Assembly: GCF_964213995.1 (NCBI RefSeq)
Contig: NC_135803.1
Location: 49,228,001-49,292,000, forward strand
Source of the DNA: Mustelus asterias
Lineage: Eukaryota
DNA: 64,000 bases
Direction: 5' to 3'
Numbering within the stretch: position 1 is the stretch's first letter; every line of letters begins with the position of its first letter. The notes under the pieces were generated by a model, which saw nothing but the letters and a program-made list of their open reading frames with translations, ran no database searches and was not told the DNA's origin. Below are positions 1-12,240 of this stretch, one piece after another. A program made the translations under genes and the position numbers.

Positions 1-1025
1 GAGTTTTACAGCCAAATCCAAAAGAATTTCACTTTCCATTTTGAACCTCAGTTAATAACTTGTGCTCCAGGACTTTATCAGTTAAACATATGGCGCTACA
101 ATTATATTGTGATTCCCTGAATCATCAAGTAGAGCTTGAAAGCCATGAAAAACTTCAGGATGTTATTGGAGAACGAGGTTGACATTTTCAAGGTAATTTT
201 GTCCTCCTCATGTCGGTTATGTTGGCTTTTGAAGTCCTTTCATCTACACTGAGTTAGAAACTGCTCTTCAGCTCCCATGACAAAATTTATTCCCACGTAC
301 AGAAAGAACGTGAGAAAAGATTGCCCTAAGCAGATGCTAAGGGAGATTTAATAACCCATTCTGAGGATCTAACAATGTTCCTCTGAACCAGTTGTTTAAA
401 AAATAACCAAGTGAAGCAGCTTATTAATGACTCATTCCCTGACTCTCCCCCCATGAAGAAAGCTGGCTGCATCTCAGCCCATCTTCACAGCAACAGAATA
501 GAAGATCAAGGCCTCATTGGTAAGGAGGATATTTGCAGATGACACAAAGCTGGGTGGGAGGGTGAGCTGTGAGGAGGATGCAGAGATGCTTCCGTGTGAT
601 TTAGGCAAGCTGAGTGAGTGGGCATATGCAGTACGATGCGGATAAACGCAAGGTTATTCACTTCAGTAGCAAAAACAGGAGGACAGATTATTACGTGAAT
701 GGGTGTAAATTGAGAGAGGGGAATGTGCAACGAGGTCTGGGTGTCCTCGTACACCAGTCACTGAAGGTAAGCATGCAGTAAAAGGCAGCAAATGGCATGT
801 TGACCTTCATAGCGAGAGAATTCGAGTACAGGAGCAGGGATGTCTTGCTGCAGTTTACAAGGCCCTGGTGAGGCCACATCTGGAATATTGGGTGCAATTT
901 TTGTCTCCTCATCTGAAAAAGGATATTCTTGCTATAGAGGGAGTGCGGTGAAGGTTTACCAGACTGATTCCTGGGTTGGCAACACTGATGTAGGAAGAGA
1001 TATCGAATCAGTTAGGATCAGTTAG

Positions 1026-1366
1026 GGGCGGCACGGTAGCACAGTGGTTAGCACTGCTGCTTCACAGCTCCAGGGTCCCGGGTTCGATTCCCGGCTCGGG
1101 TCACTGTCTGTGTGGAGTTTGCACATTCTCCTTGTGTCTGCGTGGGTTTCCTCCGGGTGCTCCGGTTTCCTCCCACAGTCCAAAGATGTGCGGGTTAGGT
1201 TGATTGGCCAGGTTAAAAATTGCCCCTTAGAGTCCTGGGATGCGTAGGTTAGAGGGATTAGCGGGTAAATATGTGGGGGTAGGGCCTGGGTGGGATTGTG
1301 GTCGGTGCAGACTCGATGGGCCGAATGGCCTCCTTCTGCACTGTAGGGTTTCTATGATTTCTATGA
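1026..1366 (+). mobile_element. HE1-type tRNA-derived V-SINE, full length, CR1-type tail
   Basis: A box (tagcacagtgg), B box (ggttcgattcc), V-domain gtctgtgtggagtttgcacattctcc, tail atgggccgaatggcct..ctatgatttctatga. Confidence 0.92.
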
Positions 1367-1586
1367 TAACACATGGTCCAGGTTTGACCTATGGCTGCAT
1401 TGATCTCAATGCGGATCAGCTGATCGGGTTTGGGAGTGATGGGGTTAACGTGATTCAGCAGGATTCCTGCACCAGAGCATTATCCACTGGAAAGTGTGTG
1501 CTTTATGGGCATTGATAGAGTTGGGATGACACTCGGCTGTGATGCCACCCATTGCCAAATAGTCTTCCAACACAATACTGTATTTG

Positions 1587-1719
1587 TCCTGAGATGTGTA
1601 GGTTAGAGGGATTAGCAAGTAAATAAATGGGGATAGGGCCTGGGTGGGATTGTGGTCGGTGCAGACTCGATGGGCCGAATGGCCTCCTTCCGCACTGTAG
1701 GGTTTCTATGATTCTATGA
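1587..1719 (+). mobile_element. HE1-type SINE 3' half
   Basis: Matches 1232-1366 (gtaggttagagggattagc..ctatgattctatga). Confidence 0.88.
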
Positions 1720-3517
1720 TTATATTCACTGAAGTTTAGAAGAATGAGGAGAGAATCTCATAGAAACATATAAAATTATAACAGACTGGACCAGATAGCT
1801 GCAGGGAGGATGGTCCTGATTGTTATGGAGTCCAGAAACAGGGGTCATAGTCTGATAAGGAGTAAACATTTTAGGACAGAGGTAAGGGGGAATTTCTTCA
1901 CCCAGAGAGTGGCAAGCCTGTGGAATTCGCTACCACAAAACAGTTGAGGCCAAAACATTGTATATTTTCAAGGTGTTAAATATAACTCTCGGGGTTAAAG
2001 GGATCAAAGGATATGGGGGATTTGGGGGCGGGAGGGGGAAGTGGTCTATTGAGTTAGATGATGAGCCATGATCATAATGATTGGTGAAGCAGGCTCGAAG
2101 GATTGAATGGCCTACGCCTGCTTATACTTTCTATGTTCCTGGATCCAGTGTTATCCAATGGCTAGCCTCACCGCAGAAGCTGCCATTTAAAAAATCTCTC
2201 TGCATAACATTTTAGCGTCCATCATACCAGTAAGTGTCAAACATATTATGAAATAAAATATGCAGGTATTTCAAGCGAAGACCAATTGTACTGAATGTTA
2301 ATTGGTTTTCATTAAGGAAGGTTAAGTTGTCTCCTTTACAGCAATTAAACAGTGATTCATCTACAGACATTTCCAACAAAGAGCTGATAGCCTTAAAGGG
2401 ATAGACCAAGATTTTTTTTAAAATAGTTTTAAATTAATCAGAACTTGCTTTTTCCACCCATTGGCCTTGAAATATGATATAATTCTACCCAGCAGCAGAT
2501 TACGTGACAAACGTTACATAATACAATGGTCCTGTCATCATGTAACAGCACACAGCTTGCCCTGCAATGAGCAAAACCATGGCAAGTTCACTGGTAGCCA
2601 CAAACATTATTCTGCACTTCCTGCTTAATGCTTTAATATATAAATTTTGCTTTAAACAAAAAGTGTGATTCTATCACAAAGGGAAGCTTCCTTGCTAGGA
2701 AGACGAAGTGAAGCCAATTAGTTAACAAGCATATGCAATTTAAGCTGTTAGATTGCTAAATTAATTAAGTTTTCCCTTCATGTTGCGATTTAATTGTTTT
2801 AATGCTATTTTAATTGCTTTAATACTATTTTAATTTTCCAGAGTTCCTGGGTACAACAGAGCACAGAGAAGAGTAGAATCTTGCATTTGCTGAAAGCTCC
2901 AATTACTCAGTAGCACATTTTAATTTAAGATTCATTATGCTGTTGTTCAATGGCCCCCAATTCCCATCCTCATCCGCAACGCCACCACCTCCACAGGGTT
3001 CACTCTGACAGTCATTCCAGATTTTACCTGTGGTCCCTGTAGGAAGTCCAAACCATTTTTTTTGATGGTCAGCGCCAATTTGAATCATTCCAACAATGAT
3101 GGACAGTGTTTGGGGAAGTTGGGAAATCCAACAACCTTTTCACAAACCTAACCTGAGAACATTATCTTTTGACATTGGGTGTCAAAAACAAAGTGGAAAA
3201 TATTCCTCACCTTAAGGAACATAACAGCCAACCAAAAGAAAGATAGAAAAAATAAGGTGGTGGAAAAAATAGGGTAACTTCAGGTATGCAATATGATCAG
3301 TTCAATTTAGGAGACTCCTAATTTCTAAGTCTTTCCAAGAAAAGTCCAAACATCTATGACAGGGTTAATTATAGAACCACCACTTCAGACACTAGGCACA
3401 TATTCACTGTACTACATTTCGATAACTTCAACTGATAAATAAACTTTGGTCTTCTGATTACTTTCCTGCTGAGAAATCTATTCGAAAAACAGTTCTGACA
3501 ATGATTATCCAAAATGT

Positions 3518-3592
3518 TGGCTTGTCTGTTCTCTCCATAGATGCCAACTAATCTGCTGAGTGATTTCACCGTTTCCTGTTGTGGCTTCAGGT
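3518..3592. mobile_element. Old PLE-associated terminal repeat remnant (ctctccacagatgctgccagacctgctgagt family)
   Basis: Degenerate match to 56420-56500 and 42575-42640. Confidence 0.45.
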
Positions 3593-4469
3593 TTTTTGCT
3601 TTTTATTTATTTCACAGGGAGTTGCTAGTCCCAGATGCTGAGACTTGACTGATCCAGATTTGCTAACCTTGGCCTTCAAACTCCAACTTCCTACTTGGGA
3701 GGACAGCTTGCTTCTCAGTTAAACAAGTGGTCAAGAGAGGCACGATGGGGTCACGAAGCATTTTGTGTGCTCAAATGTGATGCTGCAGAGCAGTAGAAGA
3801 TGGGATTGTCCTCCACTCCGTGTAATCCATTCTTAACCTATGCACGGGACGATCCTGAAAGGGCACTTCTCCAAAGGAGACAAATTACGATTGGGAGGAA
3901 AGTTTTGACTGGCCTTGCACCATCCTTAATGGTTAGGGAATGCCATTAGCAAAGCTCGAGGAGCAAGTGGAAAGGAATGTCAAACATTTAGAGAATGTTG
4001 GATGCATCAGTGAATGGCCCCAAACAGTAACACATGAATGCAAGTCTCCATTCACACATGCAGCAAGGGTCTTCTGATTCTACCACACCTACTGACGCCA
4101 AGCTTGAGAAAAATTAAAGAACTGAAATCAAGAAGGAACAGAGACTATTGCAGGAGCCAGCAGCCAGGTTTGGCCCATGGGCCATGTCTTTAAAAATCCT
4201 ATGGTTCAAATGCTCTCCTTGCCAAACTGATGAGACATGATTTTCTTTGTCTGCTTTCGTTGTCGCTTAATACAGCAGTTTGAGTAGTCTGAGGTACTAT
4301 TTAACTGGGAATGGCAACAAGGAGCCCAAAACTGGAGTGAATGAGAAACAAGAGGAAAACTCATCACTAATTGAAGTCATACAAAGGCACACGGTTATGG
4401 CTGCCTGCGGCCAATCACCTTAGTCCTAAGATGTTGCTGCAGAAAATCCTTGGGTTAGCATCTTTGATT

Positions 4470-4565
4470 TCATGGAATTCCTACAGTACAGAAGGAGGCT
4501 ATTTGGCCCATCGAGTCTGCACCGACCCTCTGAAAGAGCATGCCACCCAGGCCCTATCCCCTTAA
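4470..4565 (-). mobile_element. HE1-type SINE/CR1 3' tail fragment
   Basis: cctacagtacagaaggaggctatttggcccatcgagtctgcaccgacc is the reverse complement of the SINE tail. Confidence 0.75.
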
Positions 4566-5409
4566 CCACACGTATGTACACCACTTATCCCCCTCACAAC
4601 TCCCTCCCCTCCCCACTTCTACAGTCGCCCCACGCTCCCACAAATAAACTCTCTCAGCCTCACAATCACTAACACTTTTCTTTTAAATTCAATTGCAGGT
4701 CCAAAGGTCCTCCGACTTCTGAAGGAAGAGCCTGAACTGGCAGTGAGCCTGTGGACCCCGATACATGGACTCATCCGTGACCGTGACTCCAGGGACATCA
4801 CCCACTTACCGGCCTTCGACCCGTCCATGCCGGAGCATGGTCTGGATATCCACTGACCGGCGAAGTCAAACTGCAGCCCGACATCGACCCGGAACACCCG
4901 ACCGCGCAGACCCATCTACCGATGCAGGAACTGCAAGCAAGGCAACAAATCCTCCATCCGCACACCGACCAGAGCGAAGAACCTCATTGGGCACAACCAT
5001 ACCCTTAACACCACAAACCACTCTCACTGTCTCCCAGGCTCGAAAAGAAGCAATCACTCCAGGAAGCGTGGAAAACGTGCAGGCCTGCAGGTGAGTGTGA
5101 AACAACGTGGTCCCAAGACCCCCCTCCCCAGCTTACTGCTTTCAAATGTCCAGTCTCTGGAAAACAAGCTAGACGAACTTAGAGCCAGACTCACTTTCCA
5201 AAGTGAACTGAGGGACTGCTGTGTGCTCTGTTTCACGGAGTCATGGCTCACTCCTGCTTCACCGGACAGTGCCCTACAACCAGAGGGCTTCTCAATCCAT
5301 CGAATGGACCGTACAGCGGCCTCAGGCAAGGCTAGGGGAGGTGGGGTCTGCTTCCTAATCAACACCTCGTGGTGCCTAGACGCAGCAACACTGGCAACTT
5401 TCTGCTCCC

Positions 5410-5584
5410 CAGTTACTGTAGTGGCATACTCATTCAGGCTGGTCGCAGAGTTTTTAAATACTCATCAGTCCACTGACTCCAAGCAGCCCGGTAGGAGATC
5501 ATCCGATTCCTCAGACCAACATTGCACGACTCTCTTTGATGGATTCTCCCGCTTCAGTTTTTGCTTGTAAGCTGGGAGTAGGAG
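5410..5584 (-). repeat. 175-bp inverted copy of 5921-6095 inserted into the Rex1 APE domain
   Basis: Reverse complement of 5921-6095 with about 2 mismatches; splits FCSP|EYLMLKCRP. Confidence 0.95.
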
Positions 5585-6247
5585 AATACCTGATGCTAAA
5601 ATGCCGCCCCTTCTACCTTCCATGGGAGTTCACCTCCGTTACTCTGATGGCAGTTTACATCCCACCCCATGCAGACATGAAGATTGCGCTGGACGAAATA
5701 TACACCACTGCAAATAGCCTTGAGATGAAACATCTCGAGGCCTTGTTCATCATGGCCAGGGACTTCAATCAGGCCAAGCTCAAGAGCGTACTACCAAGTT
5801 ACCACCAACATGTCTCCTGCTCCACCTGAGGCCCATCCTAGACCACTACTACACAAATATCAAACATGCCTACCACTCTATCGCCCGCCACACTTTGGCA
5901 AATCAGACCACAAGGCTGTGCTCCTACTCTCAGCTTACAAGCAAAAACTGAAGCGGGAGAATCCATCAAAGAGAGTCGTGCAATGTTGGTCTGAGGAATC
6001 GGATGATCTCCTACCGGGCTGCTTGGAGTCAGTGGACTGATGAGTATTTAAAAACTCCGCGACCAGCCTGAATGAGTATGCCACTACAGTAACTGACTTC
6101 ATTGGTAAGTGTGTAGAAGACTGTGTGCCAAAGAAGCAAATTTGTGTGTTCCCCAACTGGAAACCATGGATGAACAGGGATATCCACTGCTTGCTGAAGT
6201 CCAGGTCTGAGGCGTTCAAGTCAGGCGACCCTGACCTATACAAGAAA

Positions 6248-7148
6248 CAGATTTCTGTCTTGCCAAGGCCATCCCCACACCCCCACTTCTTGCCTTCAAA
6301 CAACCACGCAACCTCAAACAGACCATTGTCCGCAGCAAACTACCCAGCCTTCAGGAGAACAGTGACCACGACACCACACAACCCTGCCACAGCAACCTCT
6401 GCAAGACGTGCCGGATCATCGACACGGATGCCATCATCTCACGTGAGAACACCATCTACCAGGTACACGGTACCTACTCTTGCAACTCGGCCAACGTTGT
6501 CTACCTGATACGCTGCAAGAAAGGATGTCCCGAGGCATGGTACATTGGGGAAACCATGCAGACGCTACGACAACGGATGAATGAACACCGCTCGACAATC
6601 ACCAGGCAGGACTGTTCTCTTCCTGTGGGGGAGCACTTCAGCAGTCACGGGCATTCAGCCTTGGATCTTCAGGTAAGCGTTCTCCAAGGCGGCCTTCACG
6701 ACACACAACAGCGCAGAGTCGCTGAGCAGAAACTGATAGCCAAGTTCCGCACACATGAGGACAGCCTAAACCAGGATGTTGGATTTATGTCACATTATCA
6801 GTAACCCCCACAGCTTGCCTCCTGGACTTGCAGAATTTCACTAGCTGTTCTGTCTGGAGACAATACACATCTCTTTAACCTGTGTTGAATGCTCCCTCCA
6901 CCCACATTGTCTGTACATTTAAGACCTGGCTGGCTGTCGAGATTTGCATTCTAATCAGTATTCTGTAATTTGATTTCTGTGTCTGTTTGCACTGTTTGAG
7001 AACAGATATCCACTCCATCTGACGAAGGAGCTGTGCTCCGAAAGCTTATGGTATTTGCTACCAAATAAACCTGTTGGACTTTAACCTGGTGTTGTGAGAC
7101 TTCTTACTGTGCTTACCCCAGTCCAACGCCGGCATCTCCACATCATGA
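6248..7148 (+). mobile_element. Penelope-like element (Neptune clade), 5'-truncated, 12-bp TSD
   Basis: PCHSNLCKTC Cys linker; GIY-YIG VYLIRC..WYIGETMQTLRQRMNEH; pLTR and tail; TSD ctatacaagaaa at 6236-6247 and 7149-7160. Confidence 0.93.
7015..7051 (+). ncRNA. Minimal type-I hammerhead ribozyme motif in the PLE pLTR
   Basis: ccat-CTGACGA-a-ggagc(tgt)gctcc-GAAA-gctt-atgg: stem I ccat/atgg, stem II ggagc/gctcc, palindromic helix III AAGCTT, predicted cleavage after CUU (7047). Confidence 0.8.
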
Positions 7149-9037
7149 CTATACAAGAAAGCCAGATACGATCTAAGGAGATCCATCAAAGATGCCAAAA
7201 GACAATACTGGACCAAGCTAGAGTCCCAGGCTAGCCACACTGATCCCCGCCAACTATGGCAAGGTCTGCAAGACATAACAGGCTACAAGATGAAGGCATG
7301 TAAAATCGCCAGCTCCAACGCACCCCTCCCTGATGAGCTCAATGCATTTTATGCCCGTTTTGAGCAAGAGGTCAGCGAGAGCATGCCCTCCACCCTGGAA
7401 GCCCTGGATGAACCTGTATCTGAGGTCACCACTGCAGATGTCAGAGCAGCTTTCTCGAAGGTCAACCCATGGAAAGCAACTGGCCCGAATGGGGTACCTG
7501 GACATGCACTCAGATCCTGCGTAGATCAGCTGGCGGAGGTATTCACAGACATCTTCAATCTCTCTTTACAACAATCTGAGGTCCCTATCTGCTTCAAGAA
7601 GACGACCATCATCCCGGTACCTAAGAAAAACCAAGCAGCGTGCCTTAATGACTATCGGCCCGTGGCTCTGACATCCATCATTATGAAGTGCTCCGAAAGG
7701 TTAGTCATGGCACGAATCAATTCCCGGACGACCTGGATCCACTACAGTTTGCCTACCGCAGCAACAGGTCCACAGCTGATGCCATTTCCCTGGCCCTGCT
7801 CTCAACCCTGGAAAACCTAGATAACAAGGACACCTATGTCAGACTCCTATTTATTGACTACAGCTCAGCCTTCAACACCATTATTCCCACGAAACACATC
7901 TCCAAACTCCGTGGCCTGGGCCTCGGCAGCTCCCTCTGCAACTGGATCCTGAACTTCCTAACTCACAGACCACAATCAGTAAGGATAGGTAACAACACCT
8001 CCTCCACGATCATCCTCAACACCAGTGCGCCACAAGACTGTTCTCAGCCCCTACAATACTCCTTATACATCTATGACTGTGTGGCCAAATTCCCCTCCAA
8101 TTCGATTTTCAAGTTTGCTGATGACACCACCACAGTGGGTCGGATCTCAAACAATGACAAGACAGAATACAGGAATGAGAGAGAATCTGGTGAACTGGTA
8201 CAGAGACAATAACTCTCCCTCAATTTCAACAAAATAAAGGAGATTGTCATTGATTTCAGGAAGCATAAAGAGAACGTGCCCCTGTCTACATCAATGGGGA
8301 CGAAGTAGAAATGGTCAAGAGCTTCAAGTTTTCAGGTGTGCAGATCACCAACAACCTGTCCTGGTCCCCCATGCCGACACTATAGATAAGAAAGCCCACC
8401 AATGTCTCTACTTTCTCAGAAGACTAAGGAAATTTGGCATGTCAGGTACGACTCTCACCAACATTTACAGATGCACCATAGAAAGCATTCTTTCTGGTTG
8501 TATCACAGCTTGGTATGGCTCCTGTTCTGCCCAAGACCACAAGGAACTATAAAAGGTCGTGAATGTAGCCCAATCCATCACGCAAACCAGCCTCCCATCC
8601 ATTGACTCTGTCTACACTTCCCGCTGCCTCGGCAAAGCAGCCAGCATAATTAAGAACCCCACGCACCCCAGACATTGTCTCGTCCACCTTCTTCCTTTGG
8701 GAAAATGATACAAAAGTCTGAGGTCACGTACCAACTGACTCAAGAACAGCTTCTTCCCTGCTGTCATCAGGCTTTTGAATGGACTTACCTGGCATTAAGT
8801 TGATCTTTCTCTACACCCTAGCTATAACTGTAACACTACATTCTGCACTCTCTTGTTTCCTTCTCTATGAACAGTATGCTTTGTCTGTATTGCGCGGAAG
8901 AAACAATACTTTTCACTGTATGTTAGTACATGTGACAATAATAAATCAAATCAAAATTCACTCTCCTTGATAGGTAATAAATGCCAGCTTTGTCAGTGAT
9001 GCCAGAGAATGAATAAAAGTGAATTGTTCATAGGTCT

Positions 9038-9236
9038 GATAGAGTCATAGAGGTTTACAACATGGAAACAGGCCCTTCGGCCCAACTTGTCCATGCCGCC
9101 CCCTTTTTTAACCCCCTAAGCTAGTCCTAATTGCCTGCATTTGGCCTATATCCCACTATACCCAACTTACCCATGTAACTGTCTAAATGCTTTTTAAAAG
9201 ACAAAATTGTACCTGCCTCTACTACTACCTCTGGCA
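9038..9236 (-). mobile_element. CR1 LINE 3' end
   Basis: atagagtcatagag tail repeat, ggcccttcggccc stem-loop, ccatgtaactgtctaaatgc. Confidence 0.8.
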
Positions 9237-9329
9237 TCATATTCCTGGACATTCTCTTCTTCACCATTGTAATTCTTTTCTTCCATGTTGTAAATTATTT
9301 TTGTAGAGTGCAACTTGTTCTTTTTCTTG

Positions 9330-9900
9330 AAATGCACCCGGATTCTCCTTCTGAATATTCTTCTCAGGGGAAGCTGGTCTAGCCCAACAAGCTTTTGCAT
9401 TCTGCCACAATTCTTGCATTGACTCTCCTTGCTCCAGCATTCACTTGCTGAATGGCCCATTTTAGCACATCAGTGACATGCTTGTTGCTGTTTTGATTTC
9501 TTATGGGCAGTTCCCAACTTGTGGATCTTCATTTCTGCACCAAATTGTGAAGCCTCTTTAGCAGCCCGTTCCACAGCAATTTCTGCTGTTTCTTTAAAGT
9601 CAAAGCATCTTCTTTGGATAGCCTCATTTTGAAGACCACAAACTAGACGATCTCAAAGAGAATCTTCTAAGGACTCGCCAAACTCTCAATGTTGTGCCCG
9701 CCTTTCTAAGGATGGCTTTGCTGGATGAACAAATATCCAGAGCATTTTAAAGGTTTTACTTCCTATTGTACTGAGAAAAGCTGGTACCAGCAACTTGTTT
9801 TCAATTTTATTCGCTTGTACAAAGTACTGAAAATGCTCTTCATAGGAACTCCATGATTCATTTTCTTCATTAAAAAGACCCATGGCTCCTCACTGACCCG
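9330..9900 (-). mobile_element. Gypsy/Ty3 LTR retrotransposon gag fragment (decayed)
   Basis: FNEENESWSSYEEHFQYFVQANKI..AFLSTIG gag N-terminus; RDRLVCGL-like segment; zinc-knuckle remnant C..MGH...C followed by CKNCG. Confidence 0.75.
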
Positions 9901-11429
9901 CCAGTGACACGAGACTGCGCAGTATTTTTTTTTACTGTCTTTCCAGTACTCCCTTTTTTCAACCCTGGAAACAGTTGATGTGCTTTCTTATTTCAAACAG
10001 CTCCAAGCTGTACAGCAAAGCATTCTTTCTTTTCAAATATGCCAGATACTGTCTGGAATATCAGATCCTAAAAGATTGGTTTGCATAAAATAAAAATCAT
10101 GGAGTTTTCAGTGGAAGCGTGAGGTTAAAGAATATCTCTAATCAAAATAAGCAGGAATATTCACTCCCTCAATATCAGCACTCGCATTTCAAAAGACACA
10201 GATAACTCAGAAATTAAAGGGGAACAAGAAAGTAATAATATAAATAGATAAAATGTTGTTTTGTTTTCCTTAATAAACATAAATTCACACAAAATTAGCT
10301 TCTAATAGGGTAAATGAATTACATTGCCACTCTCTGTCTTCACTGCATTACTTCTGGGAGTAAAAAATCCAGAGTCATGTAACAAACATGTCAAATGCAG
10401 AGCATTTATTCAAACAAATTTTGGCAACAGCGCTAAAGTGGAAGACATATTTACTTTCCAGTAACCTATTTAGCATCAATGCTGCGACAACATTAATTTG
10501 TAAATCCAAATCCGAATACAATCATATCTCCAGCATTGCAAAGCAATTTACAAGCAGTAACAGCTTAGCCAATGTTAATGAACCGTCTTATCCTATTATT
10601 CTGATAACCAAGTGACATTTTCCCCTGCTTGTCCCGCGGTATCCATGGCGAATTGTTGCAATGCTTCCTGACATTCATTTAGACATTTCTGTTTCATTTA
10701 CTTGTCCATGCTTACCAATATGGGGTACCACCGTGCAAAGTCATTTACACTTATGCCATAGTGAACCTTACATGAGACCCAGCACAGCTAGACCCTAGTG
10801 ACTTTGTTTTGGTCTCCCAGCAGCATAGTGCATAAAATAGATGGATTTATCATTCTCATTGCACAAGATCTTTTCATTAAAAAGCAATTTAACCTCCTGT
10901 CAGCACCCATCTCAAACCAAAGCCAGTCACTCCTCCAATCCTGAAAGTATTAAATGGCCCACATCTTTATTGGATTTCAGATCTAGGCTTCTGTTTGCAA
11001 TAAGAAAACATGCATTGATCTTCCATGCTTAAAATAATGTAATTTTTTCCCTACTTTTTTCCAATTATTTATTCTATAAAAGCTTCCTATACCATCCAAA
11101 GTGAGCTGCTTCCCAATGTTTCCTTCCTCATGCTGTCTGGTGGAAGTGCATCCATTTGAATTGACATTTTCTCCAATGCAATCCTGTTTAAAATCAGGAA
11201 TGAAATTTTATTGAGCCCAGACAATGAATCACAAAAGGTCAGTATACAGATAAAGCAAGTACAATGGGAAGGCAAAGGGATTGTTGCCCTTTATTGCAAA
11301 AAGGTTGGAGTATAAAATGTGGGAGTCTAACTACAAATGTGCAGGTTATTGATGAGGACACATCTAGAGCGTTGTGCAGAGTTTTGGTCTCCTTATTTGA
11401 GGAGGGATATACTTGCATGGGAGGTAGTT

Positions 11430-11567
11430 CTATTTATTTATTAGTCACAAGTAAGGCTTACATTAACACTGCAATGAAGTTACTGTGAAATTCCCTGAGT
11501 TGCCACACTCCGGCACCTATTCTGGTCAATGCACCTAACCAATAGTGCTAACCACTGTGCTACCGTG
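11430..11567 (-). mobile_element. Internally deleted V-SINE, alternative-tail subfamily
   Basis: tttatttattagtcacaagtaaggcttacattaacactgcaatg tail joined to the gtgctaaccactgtgc head. Confidence 0.8.
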
Positions 11568-11703
11568 TCATTCTGAAAAGATTTACTAGGTTGATTATTA
11601 GGGTGGAGGGGTCGGGTCTATACTCATTTGAATTTAGAAGAACAAGTAGTGATCGTATTGCCACATGTAAGAATTTGAGGTGGTTTTACAGGGCAGACGC
11701 TAA

Positions 11704-11832
11704 GGGCAGAATTTTACCGGCATGTCTGCCCGAGGTGTGTACAATCCCACCTGAGGCCAATGGAGAATGCCATTCTCCGAGCCTCGGCACCCCCCCGGGA
11801 ATTGGGGCGGGTGTGCCGGTAGAATTCCAGTC
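11704..11832. mobile_element. PIF/Harbinger-type MITE with TAA TSD
   Basis: Imperfect TIR gggcagaattttaccggca / tgccggtagaattccagtc; taa at 11701-11703 and 11833-11835; removing it restores the CR1 sequence. Confidence 0.8.
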
Positions 11833-12240
11833 TAAGAGGATGTTTCTCCTTGCAGGGAATTGGAGATAGTTGATAAATGAATGATTTTCCCATTTAAGAA
11901 AAATCGGAGGAGGAATTTCATCACTTGGAATCGTCTTTATTCTTTGGAATTCTCTAACCAGCAAACACTGGAGGCTGGGCCATTGAATACATTCAAGGCA
12001 AAGTTACTTAGATTTTTGATTGACAAGGGACTCGAGAGTTTGGGGCTCAAGCAGGAAAGTGGAGTTAAGGCCACAATCAGATCAGCCACAATCTTATTGA
12101 ATAGCAGAGAAGGAGGAACAATTAGCCTATTCTTGCCCCTTTTCTGCTCTCATGTTCAATACAAAAGCCAAAATACAGCATTCCAAACAGAAAATGTTGA
12201 AAATACTCAGCCAGTCAGGTAACACCTGTGCATAGAAACA

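Larger units (their letters stand above)
529..2140 (+). mobile_element. CR1 (HER1-like) LINE, 5'-truncated ORF2 3' part and 3'UTR, interrupted by a SINE composite at ~1018-1719
   Basis: FADDTKLGGRVSCEEDAEML (RT catalytic motif), LVRPHLEY, aatttcttcacccagagagt motif and gaatggcctac..ctatgttcc tail; frameshifted. Confidence 0.9.
4570..8956 (+). mobile_element. Rex1/Babar-clade LINE, near full length, decayed (APE endonuclease + RT), with an inverted insertion and a nested Penelope
   Basis: KRGKRAGLQV..LPSLLLSNVQSLENKLDEL, CFTESWL, RGGGVC (APE); [42 protein letters not shown] (RT); IESILSGCITAWYG; (caaat)n tail. Contains stops and frameshifts. The 5' boundary is approximate. Confidence 0.9.
11255..12158 (+). 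mobile_element. CR1 LINE 3' fragment, decayed, interrupted by a SINE and a MITE
   Basis: gaggacacatctagag (RPHLE), gaatttagaaga, gaggaggaatttc and CR1 3'UTR motifs. Confidence 0.75.

Noticed and set aside
145-198. MKNFRMLLENEVDIFK followed by AAG|gtaatt donor
   Set aside because: Too short and unsupported; expected by chance.
1040-1046. V(D)J RSS heptamers (CACAGTG)
   Set aside because: They are part of the SINE head; no nonamer at 12/23 spacing and no Ig/TCR segments were seen.
1026-1100. tRNA genes at the SINE heads
   Set aside because: A/B boxes run into the V-domain and LINE tail in many copies, so these are SINEs rather than tRNAs.
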